A DNA stretch of 64,000 nt, taken from Catajapyx aquilonaris (Eukaryota). The notes beneath the pieces were generated by a model. That model was not told where the DNA came from. It saw only the letters and a program-made list of their open reading frames with translations, and did not search any database. The stretch is taken from NCBI GenBank assembly GCA_000934665.2, contig KZ538270.1, forward strand, positions 1-64,000, in the 5' to 3' direction. A program made the position numbers and the translations under genes. This document shows, piece after piece, positions 1 to 11,500 of the stretch (within the stretch, counting starts at the first letter, position 1; every line of letters starts with the position of its first letter).

Positions 1-2185
1 GGAGGAGAGTGGGGTTTTTTGGGGGGAGTGGGTGGGGGGTGGGGGGTGGGAGGGGGAAAGGAAGTCCTGTCGCGTCCCTAGGGAGCGTCGCACTTCCACC
101 ACCGGGGGAAGGGGGGGACGCCCTACTACCCTAACGTGCATATATAAGATTCGTCTCTTCATTCCGCTTTCTGGCTTTCAACGTTAAAATACATACGACG
201 CCTGCTGATGCTGCAACCACAGGCTGCGAAAAAAAAGGATCCAAAAAAATAATATCTGGGGGGAAAGGGTAGTAGGGAAGAAGGGTGCGGGGATAGAAAG
301 AAGTGTAATATTATTTATTGGGTGGGGTATGTGTATGCGTGGGTGTGGATTGGGTGAATGGGGGGCAGCGGATAAAAAGAGAGCTCTCTGCAACTGGCCC
401 ATCACTACTACTACTGCTGCACTATTACTCTTGCACGTGTACACGTAACTGCTGCTCGATTGATGATGAGGTAGCCACCACGATTTGCTGCTGTGCTCAA
501 AAAACATTAATTTCGGCCTGTCGTTGTTTGCTGAAGGAGAAGGCCTCTCTCTCCTCCTAATTGCAGCCCGATTCATTCCCGCGATGGATGGTGAGCTTCA
601 GAGAGTGATGCCAGTTGTAGTCGGAACCAGGCTTTATTCAGCAGTAGCTAGGTTATAAATATAATTGCGATTAAGAAGGAAGGAGCTAATAATGAGGGGG
701 TAACATTCCACCAGCCGTTTAGAGCTGTGTCGAGAGCTGGATAATCCGCTTCCCCCCAGCAACCCACCAGCCACTAAAATACTGCCTTGTCATCGACATG
801 CAACAATTTTACGAGTTCAGTTCTTCGTGATTCCTTTTTTGTATGTTTATATACGTACAGAATAGCATATATTATATCTTGTTCTGCCTCGATTGGTCTG
901 TAATTAATTACTACCCAGCTGTGCTTCTTAAGCCCGTCTATATAGAAGCTGTCCGTGCCTTCGACTGTTTCCCGATTATTGTTTTCATGTCTCTTCCGCG
1001 TGTGTCCCATCTTCTTCTATATACCTGTTCTATTGTTGTGGTGCCTGACCATGAGTTGGCCTCAGCCTTGTCGCGATTCTCTGTACTGGTGATTTGCTGA
1101 TGTACAGGTTCAAAAGATAGTTAGGGGATGGGGGGTGAATAAGGAGGAGATTTGAAGAAGAGGCATTTTCTTGGCGGAATGCTCCTTTTTTTGAAGGGTG
1201 GGGAGGGAGGGTCATATCAGGGGGGTAATAAGTAGGCGAAAAAAATGGAAAATAGGTGTAAAAGTATATGGTTGGGGACCAGCAGGCACGCTTCGTTGTC
1301 TCATCATGCTGACAGCAAGCGTTGACCCTGCAGCAGAGTTGTGTCGGGTGGGGTAATAAACAGCCTGGTTCATACATCATAAATTCGATTAGGGGAAGAA
1401 TATTTAGACAGAAAGATTGCATAATTTTTTTTTGCGAAAGTGCGGGTTCAATGGGGGGATTATTGCCAGATGTCATCATGTTTCCGCTGCTGCGCCGCCT
1501 TTTTTCAGTGCCATGATTATTAATATCATATGATGATGATGATGATGTCAGGTGTGGAGTCGCCTCTATATGTGTGTGCGTGTGTCACCTCCCCCTTTTT
1601 AAAAGAAGAAAAAAGTGCAGGTTCCTTCCCAAAATCTCTATTTTTGCACAGGTTTTTGTAGTACGGCTTTTTGTATGGATATAATACGTTATACCTTTAT
1701 GATGCCCCTATTGCCCCTCCCCCCATCAAAAGTACGTGTGATTGATTAATTTTGTCATATAATGCTACACCCTGTGTCTCGCCCAGTAAGAAAAATAAAA
1801 AAAGACAGTTTCTTAACGCTTTAACAACTTGGTTTGACTCGTCTCGTACCATCAGAATTTTCAGGTCGTTGCTATTCCAATAAGGTATTTTTCTTTTTTT
1901 CTTTCGAAGTTCACTCGGTTTGAAAATGGCGCGCGCATCGTTGCCAACAGCATCCCTTCCTGTGTTACGACGCATCAGTCTTTAACTTGATCGCAATTAT
2001 TTTATAATGAGGTTTAAGTTTGCTGCAAGTGCAATTGGGTGGGAATGAAGGGTCTAATTATCATTTGGATGAGCAGTGTTGCCAATACCCCCTGCGGTGA
2101 GTGAGCACAACTTGCCTCACTAGAAGTGTGCGCTGTTGAGACAACAATTATTCCCTGTTTGAAGTAGTACACTCGGGGCGCAACA

Positions 2186-2634
2186 ATGCCTGTGGACTAC
2201 CTGGCCTACGCTTATGCAGGGGCAGTGGCAGGAGGAGGACTCATGGGGTACGCCAAAGCAGGTGCGGTATATGATTGCATGAAAATGTATTGAGCGCAGC
2301 ACTCATCATCCCACCACGACAGGTAGCACGGTGTCCCTTGCCATGGGGCTGCTCTTCGGTTCCCTCCTTGGGTACGGTGCCTACCAGACCAGCAGCAGCC
2401 CGGCCAACTACTACCTGAGCCTTGGGTCCAGCGCTGTCCTGGCCGGAGTCATGGGGAACAGGTTCCTGCAGTCGGGGAAGTTCATGCCCGCCGGACTCGT
2501 CGCTGCCCTCAGGTCTACATCTCTCATTGTAGACATGACTCTCTCGTACCAACATTTTTCTCCTCCGCAGTGTGGCCATGGTGCTGCGTTACTCTGCACG
2601 TGCTGTCGGACTTGTGTCTGTCAAGGCAGAGTGA
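2186..2634 (+). CDS. TMEM14C: Transmembrane protein 14 family (TMEM14C-like), 3 exons: 2186-2261, 2323-2512, 2571-2634
   Basis: Spliced translation [49 protein letters not shown]...MGNRFLQSGKFMPAGLVAALS-VAMVLRY...KAE*. Tmemb_14 hallmarks GGxxGY and SGKFMPAG; GT-AG introns with matching phases; AATAAA at 2806-2811. Confidence 0.93.
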
Positions 2635-2901
2635 TTCCGAGTGGACGACGACATCATCTCCAGGGAAGGGATTGTGTGTAATGACTCTTTTCTATAATGG
2701 TTTATGACTGGATTTGTAGGCTTGTAGCCTGGCAGTTTAGTCGCTGGAATGAGGGAACATTATTTTGGACCGGTCTTTGTTTTTGGTCCAGGGACCATAT
2801 GGGATAATAAATAGTGGAATATACTTTACTGGCAGTCTCTTCATTTGGAGCCTCACACTACCATTATAATTTGTTGTTGCGTAGATTATTCACTTGCACA
2901 A

Positions 2902-3031
2902 TAATTGAATCCGGATGTAACAGCCTCGGCTATAACGGACTCCGTCCCCACCATACTACATGGCCTGTTATTCAGCTATAACAGACTGATTTCTGTGGTC
3001 CCATGGAGTCTGTTATATCCGGATTCAACTG
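2902..3031. mobile_element. MITE (Tc1/mariner-like terminus CAGTTGAATCCGGAT) between the convergent TMEM14 and CYP 3' ends
   Basis: Inverted termini ttgaatccggatgtaacag (from 2905) and ctgttatatccggattcaactg (to 3031). The same terminus recurs inverted at ~42133-42167. Confidence 0.7.
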
Positions 3032-3184
3032 CATTTCAAACCAAAGGTAACACATCCGCAAAGCCAGCAATCAAAGTGTGGAGTTTGTTGGAATGAAAAG
3101 CGTTAACTACTTTTATTGCTGTGTAAGTACGGTGGCAGGGAGGGACGTGTTGATATATCATGTCGGGTGCTGCTACTGCAGCTG

Positions 3185-5466
3185 TTATCGTTCTTGCAAA
3201 GTGACGTTGTAGTCTTGGGCCATTCTTGCAAATGAAATCTGGGGCTCCAAGGTGGGGACCTCTCCTGGGGCAGCACGTACTGCAATGTTCTGGAGGATTC
3301 CTGTCACAAACAGAAACAGCTCCAGGCGAGCCAGGCTCTCGCCCAAACACTGACGTTTGCCTGTGAATGAAAAAGTACAGATTGAATGAGCCATCGTGAA
3401 AAGGCAATGTGAGGATGGGAATGACAAACAGTTAGTACATATGCTGTTTAACACGCAATGTTGCAATTCATATGGCATTTAATGTGTGAATGTTTGCCTT
3501 TTCCTTACCTATTCCAAATGGCATCAACGCTTCGTCTTTGACGACTTTTCCGTCAGGAGTGAGGAAGCGTTCAGGACGAAACTTTTGTGGATCATTCCAG
3601 TGGTCGGCATTGTAGTGGGCTGCATACAGGTTGGGGATCACAACGGTTCCCTTTGGGATGTGGAATTGGCGAAACTCTGCAACGAAAAGGAAGTGTGACC
3701 GCGATAGAAGTAGTGTAATGGCTAACATGCATGGAAATAAGGGAATTTCTAACCTGTATCAGCTGTAGTAGTATGGGCCACTGAGAATAAAATCAGTGTG
3801 CTGTGGCGCAAAACTTCCAGGATAACAGCCTCAGTGTATGGCATTCTGAAAAGCACGTCATGCGATGGATGCACCAAATGCTTTTGACTTATGCTAATTC
3901 TCACTTGGTCTTGTCTTCCTGCGCAGGCTGTCGATCTCTTCCAATCACTGCCACGATCTCTTTGTAGAGCTTCTCCTGCACTTCAGGGTAGATGATCAGG
4001 TAGAGGAACAACCAGTACAAGGTATTGCTGGTGGTCTCGATCCCTGCCACGAACAGGTCACCCAATACCATCCTTAGGGAAAAGTCTGTGGGCGCAATGG
4101 AGATACGTTTTAAAAATTCTGTTGAGTTTGCGTCCAACTTGTGTTCATGCCTCCATTTTCCTTGGAAAAGCTTGAGTGTGGATCGGAGGTAGACTGGATT
4201 TCCTTCAGGTAGACATCAATGAAATCTCTCGGCAAATCATCAGTCATGCTTTGCTTGTGCTCCTTCATTTGATCCTGAGGAAATTTCCAGTGAGCGTCTG
4301 TAGCGGCCTTTTACCCATTTTAAAAAAAAACTCTAGCTATGCCACTTTTCCAAAAATTGAAACATTGAAACCCACATGTTATGCTTTCAACTACACTAAA
4401 GAGTGCAACTTGAGCACATCCAGTCTTTGAGAGTATAATGGCCTAATTGTTTCATGTCTGCCATGAGTTGTACCATCAACCTTAACCTCATGCTACGTAC
4501 ATTACAGATTGCGTTGATTCTGTTCATGGCATCAGCAATTTGTGGAATGTTTAACTGTTTCGGGAACAGATTAATCAACCAAGGGAAGAACACATCAGGG
4601 GACAATGTTATGTTGATGCCTTCAAAGGACCTGAAACATTATGGCAAGTATGTCAAAGCCAGTTTGTCAAATGCAAGTGTGATAGTACGTACGAAAAGAG
4701 ATCTTTTGCCAGCTTGGAGTGAGCTGGGTTGTCTGGGCTGAACTTGTCCCCTGTGACGATTGACCAAAGGGCGTTGACCACAGCTATGTGAAAGGTGAAC
4801 CGCAGGTTGACCGGTTTGCCTGTGGCTGCGTGCTTCCTGCATGGCGGTCATCGTGTGTATCATGTGTATGTGCCACATGAAAGTCTTACATTACCTGAAC
4901 TGGTCGACCAGATCCTGTACCTCCAGCTGGATGAGGTCCTCCATGGACTTCTTTCCCAAGCCAAAGTCCCTGAGGTTCTTCATTGTGAACCTCCTCTGTT
5001 CCTGCCACTCTTTCCCCTCGGACAGTATAACCCCTCCTTTCCTGTGTCCCTCTGACCTGAGCAGGAAGATGAGGAAGTCGGGTCTGCCTGAAAACACCTC
5101 TTCCTTCAGGGCCTCCTTGATCGCCTTGTGCTCGTTCATCACCACCACCCTGTAACGCATTGCACGTACAGAGCAAGGTGACAATAATCCATTAACTCCT
5201 ACCATTTCTGTCCCAGTTGCAGTCCGATGACATCTCCGTACTTCTTGGACAGCTCCTGCAGCTTGATGTGAGGATTCGGGAACAGGAAGGGGTAGTATCC
5301 AACCAACGGAAGGCCTGTTGGTCCTGGCAGAACAAGAGGGGTTTCAGACACACTGTAGGCAAGTATAGCATGCGGACGTACCTGGTGGGAACCCAGGAGG
5401 TCGTCTGTTCCTGTAGAGGACCCACAGCAAAAGAGTGGCCACGAAGAGAAACACTTCGATGATCAT
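3185..5466 (-). CDS. Cytochrome P450, CYP2 clan, multi-exon
   Basis: N-terminal anchor MIIEVFLFVATLLLWVLY, PPGP hinge, WQEQRRF (C-helix), LFVAGIETTSNTL (I-helix), EVLR (K-helix), FRPERF, and heme motif FGIG|KRQCLGE split by an intron. First exon 5382-5466, last exon 3185-3360. Confidence 0.95.
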
Positions 5467-5897
5467 GGCTGGTCAGTTATTAGTATAGCCTAAGCTGGTG
5501 GATGTTATGGCAATATAGTGGGAAGGGGTTTCAGCTGCCTTGTGAAGTGCCAGTCACAAATAATAATAAAAAGCATGATACGTAATAAACCAAGATGTGA
5601 GATAACCGCCTCACCTTCAGATTACAAGTGCTAATAAAGTTATGCAACTACATGTTGGCCCGTAATGCGTCATTGTCTTGGACGTCATTTCCGAATTTAT
5701 TACCGGCGCATTATTAAATCTGGGTGAATTTGGCTCACTTACTAATCGCAACTATGGTCTGAAACCATCTGAACAAGTGTCGTTCGTATTGTTTTTGCGC
5801 ATCGAATTTCGCAATATATAGCCTACACAAGGAAAGGCCGTTCTCAATTATCGTGTCTTACATGACATGCTGTAATCACGTTTCCATCAGCGAATTA

Positions 5898-6054
5898 CTC
5901 GTGGCTTGCATAGTGAGTGTGAAAATCTTTCAATTTGTTCCTGTAATAAAGACAAGGATCGACGCAATTCGCGACATTCATCGCCAATCAGAGTGACCAA
6001 CTCTTGGTCAAGATGCCTACTGACTCCTCCTGAGGTCGTTATGCAAGCCACGAG
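5898..6054. mobile_element. 157-bp MITE with 15-bp TIRs upstream of the P450
   Basis: CTCGTGGCTTGCATA (5898-5912) and TATGCAAGCCACGAG (6040-6054) are exact reverse complements. TA lies on the left and TG on the right (possible decayed TA target duplication). Confidence 0.65.
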
Positions 6055-7236
6055 TGAAGGACAAATATGCGCGGTAGGACCTTGAACAAATTGTTGTTGT
6101 TTTTTGTATGTGTCTATGATTATTTTGTGCTCCTTCCTTGGAGAATGTGTCACTGGGTTTTTATTTAAGGAAAAATAAATAACTAAACAAATGCGCCTAG
6201 TGAGTAACATTGTGTTTTTTTGTGCGATGACTGATGACAATGATGATGGCGATGTGGTGATTAGAGCCAAAGAGAGATAAGATAGAGAGAGAAAAAAGAG
6301 AGTGAGAGAAGCTAGGATATGATACGGGATGGGATTATTGTGTTTTCTGTGATGTCTTGTACATCATAAAATTAACAACCCTTTCCCCCTCCCCTCGAAG
6401 TTAAAAAAAAAACTCCAAGACTTCCACCTAATTTCAATTAGCCAATTAATTATTATTATTGTATTTCTTTCCACTATTCTCTCGAACGAAAGCATTTTTC
6501 AAAACACCAAGTAAAACACTCCTTTTATCAAGATGAAAAAAAGAAGATATTAAGTCTTCATAGTTTCTGCCGATGGTAACAAGTAATGCTACATTTGGCT
6601 AGCAGGCTAGGGGCATACTACCTCACATCGAGAGATGTACTGTATATCTACGTACTGTGCTCTGTACAGTCTCATTACGAGAGACCCGACAGATGGAGAC
6701 CGAGTTGGGGCCTGGCCCCTGACCAAAAACCTAATATTAGGGCCTTTCAGGTCAAAGGTCAGGCTGCAGCAAACCATTGGATATGACCTAAAAATTGTGC
6801 CGAATCATTTGCATGTGCTGGTGATTTTATAGGACCTATAGTTTAAATTGTAGGGTTAAATATTTGGAGGGGTGATAGGTTTGAGAATGGAACTCCCTGG
6901 TATAAGACAAATGTAGGGACTATGGGGTGCGTAGGGTGGGGGCTGCCGGGATGGACAACACAAGCGAAGCCACTTGATCATTTAATTGACTTTTTATTTC
7001 TTTGACTTTTTTCTTCGAAAAAAGTGACCGCCCCCTCCCATTAAGCAGGTGTCTTAAAAATTTCCAAAAAAAAAATCTCCCCTCCCCCCTTTTCCTCCCC
7101 CTCTCCACCCCTCCCCCCCCCTCTCTTCGCTGCTCCTCTAACACCTCTGAAGAAGTGTTGGGGAAACTGCGAAGGAACAGTCGCCATCTTGGCCAGAGAT
7201 GTCGGCTGCAAATTTTTTTTTCTGGCTCATCAACCG

Positions 7237-7307
7237 TGGAGATCCGGGATTTGAACCCGCGTCTCCCGACTGAGAGTCCGATGCGCTACCTCAGAACCAC
7301 GCTCTGG
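7237..7307 (-). repeat. tRNA-like sequence (SINE head or tRNA pseudogene)
   Basis: Minus strand GTGGTTCTGAGGTAGCGC ATCGGACTCTCAGTCGG GAGACGCGGGTTCAAATCCCG shows an A-box-like element, a CTC-centred anticodon-like loop and a GGTTCAAATCC B-box. Acceptor stem is poor. Confidence 0.5.
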
Positions 7308-7440
7308 TGCAACGAGAGTGTGGGTGTTGGAAGGGTCTAGCCTATTTACCAGATGCACTTCAAAGAGAAATAAATGTGAAATGAGTGATGAAGTAACAGC
7401 GAGAAAGGTCCATAGCGATAAAAAGAAACGACGTCTTCCT

Positions 7441-7506
7441 TTCAGGATTCGATCCTTCAACCTTCGGGTTAGGAAGAGAGCGTCTTAACCACTAGACCAC
7501 TGCGCT
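7441..7506 (-). repeat. tRNA-derived SINE head
   Basis: Minus strand AGCGCAG TGGTCTAGTGG TTAAGACGC...GGATCGAATCC gives Pol III A and B boxes at tRNA-like spacing, with no intact cloverleaf. Confidence 0.55.
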
Positions 7507-8550
7507 ACTTCGATACTGACACTCTCTCCAGCATGTACTTATTGTACAAAGAAAGGGCGCCACATAATTCAACAATCGCCATAAAATATTTGATTTAGGT
7601 TACATTTTTTTTAAAGCCTTATTAGTGTGTTAAGGAAAAAGAATGTGATAATTTGTGTTTCAGTTATATTAAGTAAAAAAAAGGCATATTCATTATACAG
7701 TATGTTATCGTGGCTTCTCCAGTTTTCCACTCCACTTCTTCCACCCTTTTCTCCCAGTCTGACATCTTTTCTTCAACTGAACCTGCGTTACTGAGCTAGT
7801 CAGGGTGTGACCCGAGGTCAGGGGTCACACAATGTATTGTACTGTATAAAGCATATAGGACGAAACATTTTATGAAAATAGACTATCTAAAATCGCGTCG
7901 ACATTTTGGTTTATCTCCAACTTAGTAGCTTCAAGTCATAAAAGTCCAAAGCTACTGCTGAAAAAAATTTGGGTGGGAAGTCAAAGAGTATACATTACAT
8001 GTCAGGTTTGTCTTTAATTTAATTTTGTGTATTTTTTTTCCGCGATTGATTGCAGCTTGATAAATTCACGCAAACGCATCATTCGACCGTGAAGCACAGA
8101 GAAGTAGTAGAAAGACAATACAAATAAATTGTGTCACTCATCCATCATCATCACTGAGTTTTCCGCAAAATAGTTCGAGTGTGAGGAGGGATGCACAATA
8201 GTTCGCAACAGTAGTTGTCACCTGATGAAACGGTTGAAAAACTTACATTATCTGCGAATAGCATAGAAAGAGAGAGGGGGGCAATAATAATAATATCCAT
8301 CTTTTTTCGCCTCCTTGCAGCTGGGCAATAATAATTAATCACGATCAATTGATGGGCGCGAAATATAAATAGTCGTTTGGGAGAGGGCACTCTTCCTTAT
8401 GTACAGTACAAAGTGTGCAAGCGTTGGAACGAGATGGCCCCCCCGGGGGCGGCCCTCGGGCTGGTTTGTACTGGCTACATTTTTATAGTTAATGATTGTG
8501 TGATGGTCGGGGATGGGTATAATAGTCGTTGACTTCTTGTTAGCACACAC

Positions 8551-11500
8551 TCATAGTCCAGTAGGAGCGGAGACTGCAAAGTGCGCGGCCGAGCTTGGCT
8601 CCGAGAGGATGAAGTTGCTTGGCCCCGGGGCGGCCAGCAGGGACTCCTCGGAGGAGCTGGAGGGAGGCTGCGGGTGCCCGTGTCTCCGGATGATTGTTGG
8701 GGCCAGGTGGCTGTAGTCTGGAATCGCATTCTCGTGCTCCAGGACGCAACGGCCACTCAGGCAGTGCTGAAGGGAGGAAATGATTATATGAATCATTATG
8801 AGGACGTCAAGAGAGAAAGGATGGTGGGAGAGAGAGAGAGAGGTATTTTCAGCATTTTTGTGTGAGGATCGAAGGTTGATGATTGTGTTTGTTGGAAAGT
8901 GAAAGAGAGCTGACCTGTCCTTCACCACAGGGTGATCCATCTGCTGCGGGTCGGTAGGCCACGCAGTAACCAGACGCTGCGTCGAAGCAGAACAATTGAG
9001 CGCACACCCTGTCGTCCTTCTGCAATTATTACCAAGGGACAAATTCAGTACTTTGGTGTGGACATGTACATTGTGTTGTCCACTTACGAAACAGGCGGAT
9101 GTCCCCCTGTCCTTCCTGCATTGGGCGTCCAGCGAGAGAAGCTTCCCTGGGAGGACACGAGGAAGGGCGGCGTCCTCGTGGGGAGAGTTGTACAGGCACG
9201 TGGCCGTGTCCCCACTGCGTACATAAAGAGAAAAAAAGAGAACATGAAGTAGTTGAGCAACACACCGGAATGTTCAGAAAGCTGCTGCCCAATTTGTTCA
9301 GCGCGATTGATTCACCTTGGCGAAAGTGAAGGAAACCGAACAACACATGCAAAAAATATATATATGAAAGGAAGAGGGGGGGAAAAGGCAAAAACAGCCC
9401 GAAGAGGTGGGAAGTGATTGGTAATTTTTTTTTTCCCCTTCCTCAAGCTGTGGGCAATTGTTTGCGGATGGGGCCACGCCATCTCTGTACATTTGCGCAA
9501 GGACGTGTGCTTCGGGGGTGAAATATGGACCACTCCCTTTCACCTACAGTGTGGATGTCAAACCCCATCGAAGGCATAGCCAGGGTCAGGATGGATCCAT
9601 TGTTGCGACTTCTTGTGCACGAACGATAAACTCACTTGAGGAAGTGATGGAACTGGGCAACCGAGCAGGGTGACCACTGGAAGCCCCTCTCGGTGTGGCG
9701 GAGGTCGCTCATGATGAACCCGTCTTCCCACCGGCACTTGGTGGCCCCGGGGCCGCCCAGGTAGCTTGGAGCAGGAGAACCGTCGTGGACGGCTCCCAAT
9801 CTATACAAAAAAAAAGCGAGGAAAAAATTGGGAGGGGGAATTGTTTTGTCTTCTTTCTTCTTCAAAAGACTCACAAGTGTCCGACTTCGTGAGCGGCGAC
9901 AATGATGCCCGAGAAGCCTCCAGTGTCCTCAACAATGGCCACGCTGTTGACCTTCTCCAGTCGTTTGTTGACCACGCAGGCGCCTCCCACGTAGGCGAAA
10001 CCTACCGTCGAAAGAAACCACGTCAGATACATGCCAATTACTTTTGACATATTATCGTCGAATTAATTTTACACTCCACTATAAACATTCTATTGATTGG
10101 AAGCGTAACTGGAACTATATATTGTTGCGATTCCAAGTGCCAGATTGCAGAGTACAGACTACACAAGTATGTACATGAAGTGCCATGAATGTATTCAGTG
10201 GCAGTGACAAATTGAACCGCAAATTAAGTGAGAGATTTTGGAATCCGACCGAGCCTGACCAAAATGAGGTACAGTACCGTGTAATTAATGGAAAGCAAAT
10301 ACTGCAAAAGTGAAGATTCTTAGACTTGCCAGTGAGTGAGTGTGTGTGATGATGGATTTGGCACAGTTCTTTAACCGCTCGAAAGGCAAAGTGTTCCAGA
10401 AAAGCTGAAGCGTTCCACTTCCACTGGGATGTATAGCCAATGAGAAAAGTGCTTGGTATATCATCATGAGAAGAACCCTTCCCCGGCACAACTGGAAGCT
10501 GATAATGGACCTGCTGCATACACACACATACTGTATAATGTGTGCTGTGCATGCAGCGATGGAAAGTGTGCCTCACAACCAACCAACCGCAACAACATAC
10601 CGGTATATACAAAATACGCACACACTCACTCGGCATCGGGTCAAACGTGTTCTCACTTTTTAGAATCCAGTCAGTTTACTTGTGGAATTACAATTATTAA
10701 TTGAAAGGGGTCGAATGATGAAGAGAAAAAAAAATGCAGCATGTCCACGAAATAAGTTTTACAATCTTCGAGTAGCCCTAAAAATAAACAAAATCAGCAT
10801 CGTTTAAAGTCGTGCTTATATCTCGGATTCAATCAGTTTAATTATCGGCTAGCACATGTCGTGAACAATATAATTTGACAGCGGACCGTACTGGTATGGT
10901 TATGAAATGTTGAGCTTGTAATGAGCACTTGCACTTTGACATTTCCAGGACCAGCTTGGCCAATAAACCTGGGTCTTACCTGGGTTACCATCCCTTCTGA
11001 ATGCAATAAGAGTACAAAAAAGAGATAGGATAATAATTACATACATGTGCACACACTTGTGATCGCATCACCCAATAAGACCCAACAACCGAGCAGAGTT
11101 ATTGTTATATATGGGGAGAAAAAAGGTGTGTGAGTATACAGTGTAATGAGTGTGCAGGTTGTGTGTTGAGTTGACCCACCTGCGGTCCCTCTGTTGCAAA
11201 GCTCTCCTTCCTTCTGCCGCCTACACATGTCTAATCTGCAAGACACGGGAGTTAGTCGGGTTAGTTACGAGGAATCGACCGAAGAGGAAATGTTTTTTTA
11301 AAAAAAAGAGAGAGAAGGGGTCAGGGACACTGTCACAGGGGGTTACGCAGGTGACCTTTAACCACACACACCGCAAGCTGCACCTTTACGAATTGCATGA
11401 TTCGGGTTGCATAAAATGTATGATGTCACATTGAGCACGTTATTACGACGCCAGCAAATTGAGTAATGTCGCGTGGTTTGCAAGTTGGTATTTATAGTTG

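Noticed and set aside
1..120. G-run tract with quadruplex potential
   Set aside because: Simple low-complexity sequence at the window edge; similar G/C runs occur throughout.
5887..6270. 127-aa ORF with a coiled-coil-like end
   Set aside because: It overlaps the MITE at 5898-6054 and has no supporting splice structure.
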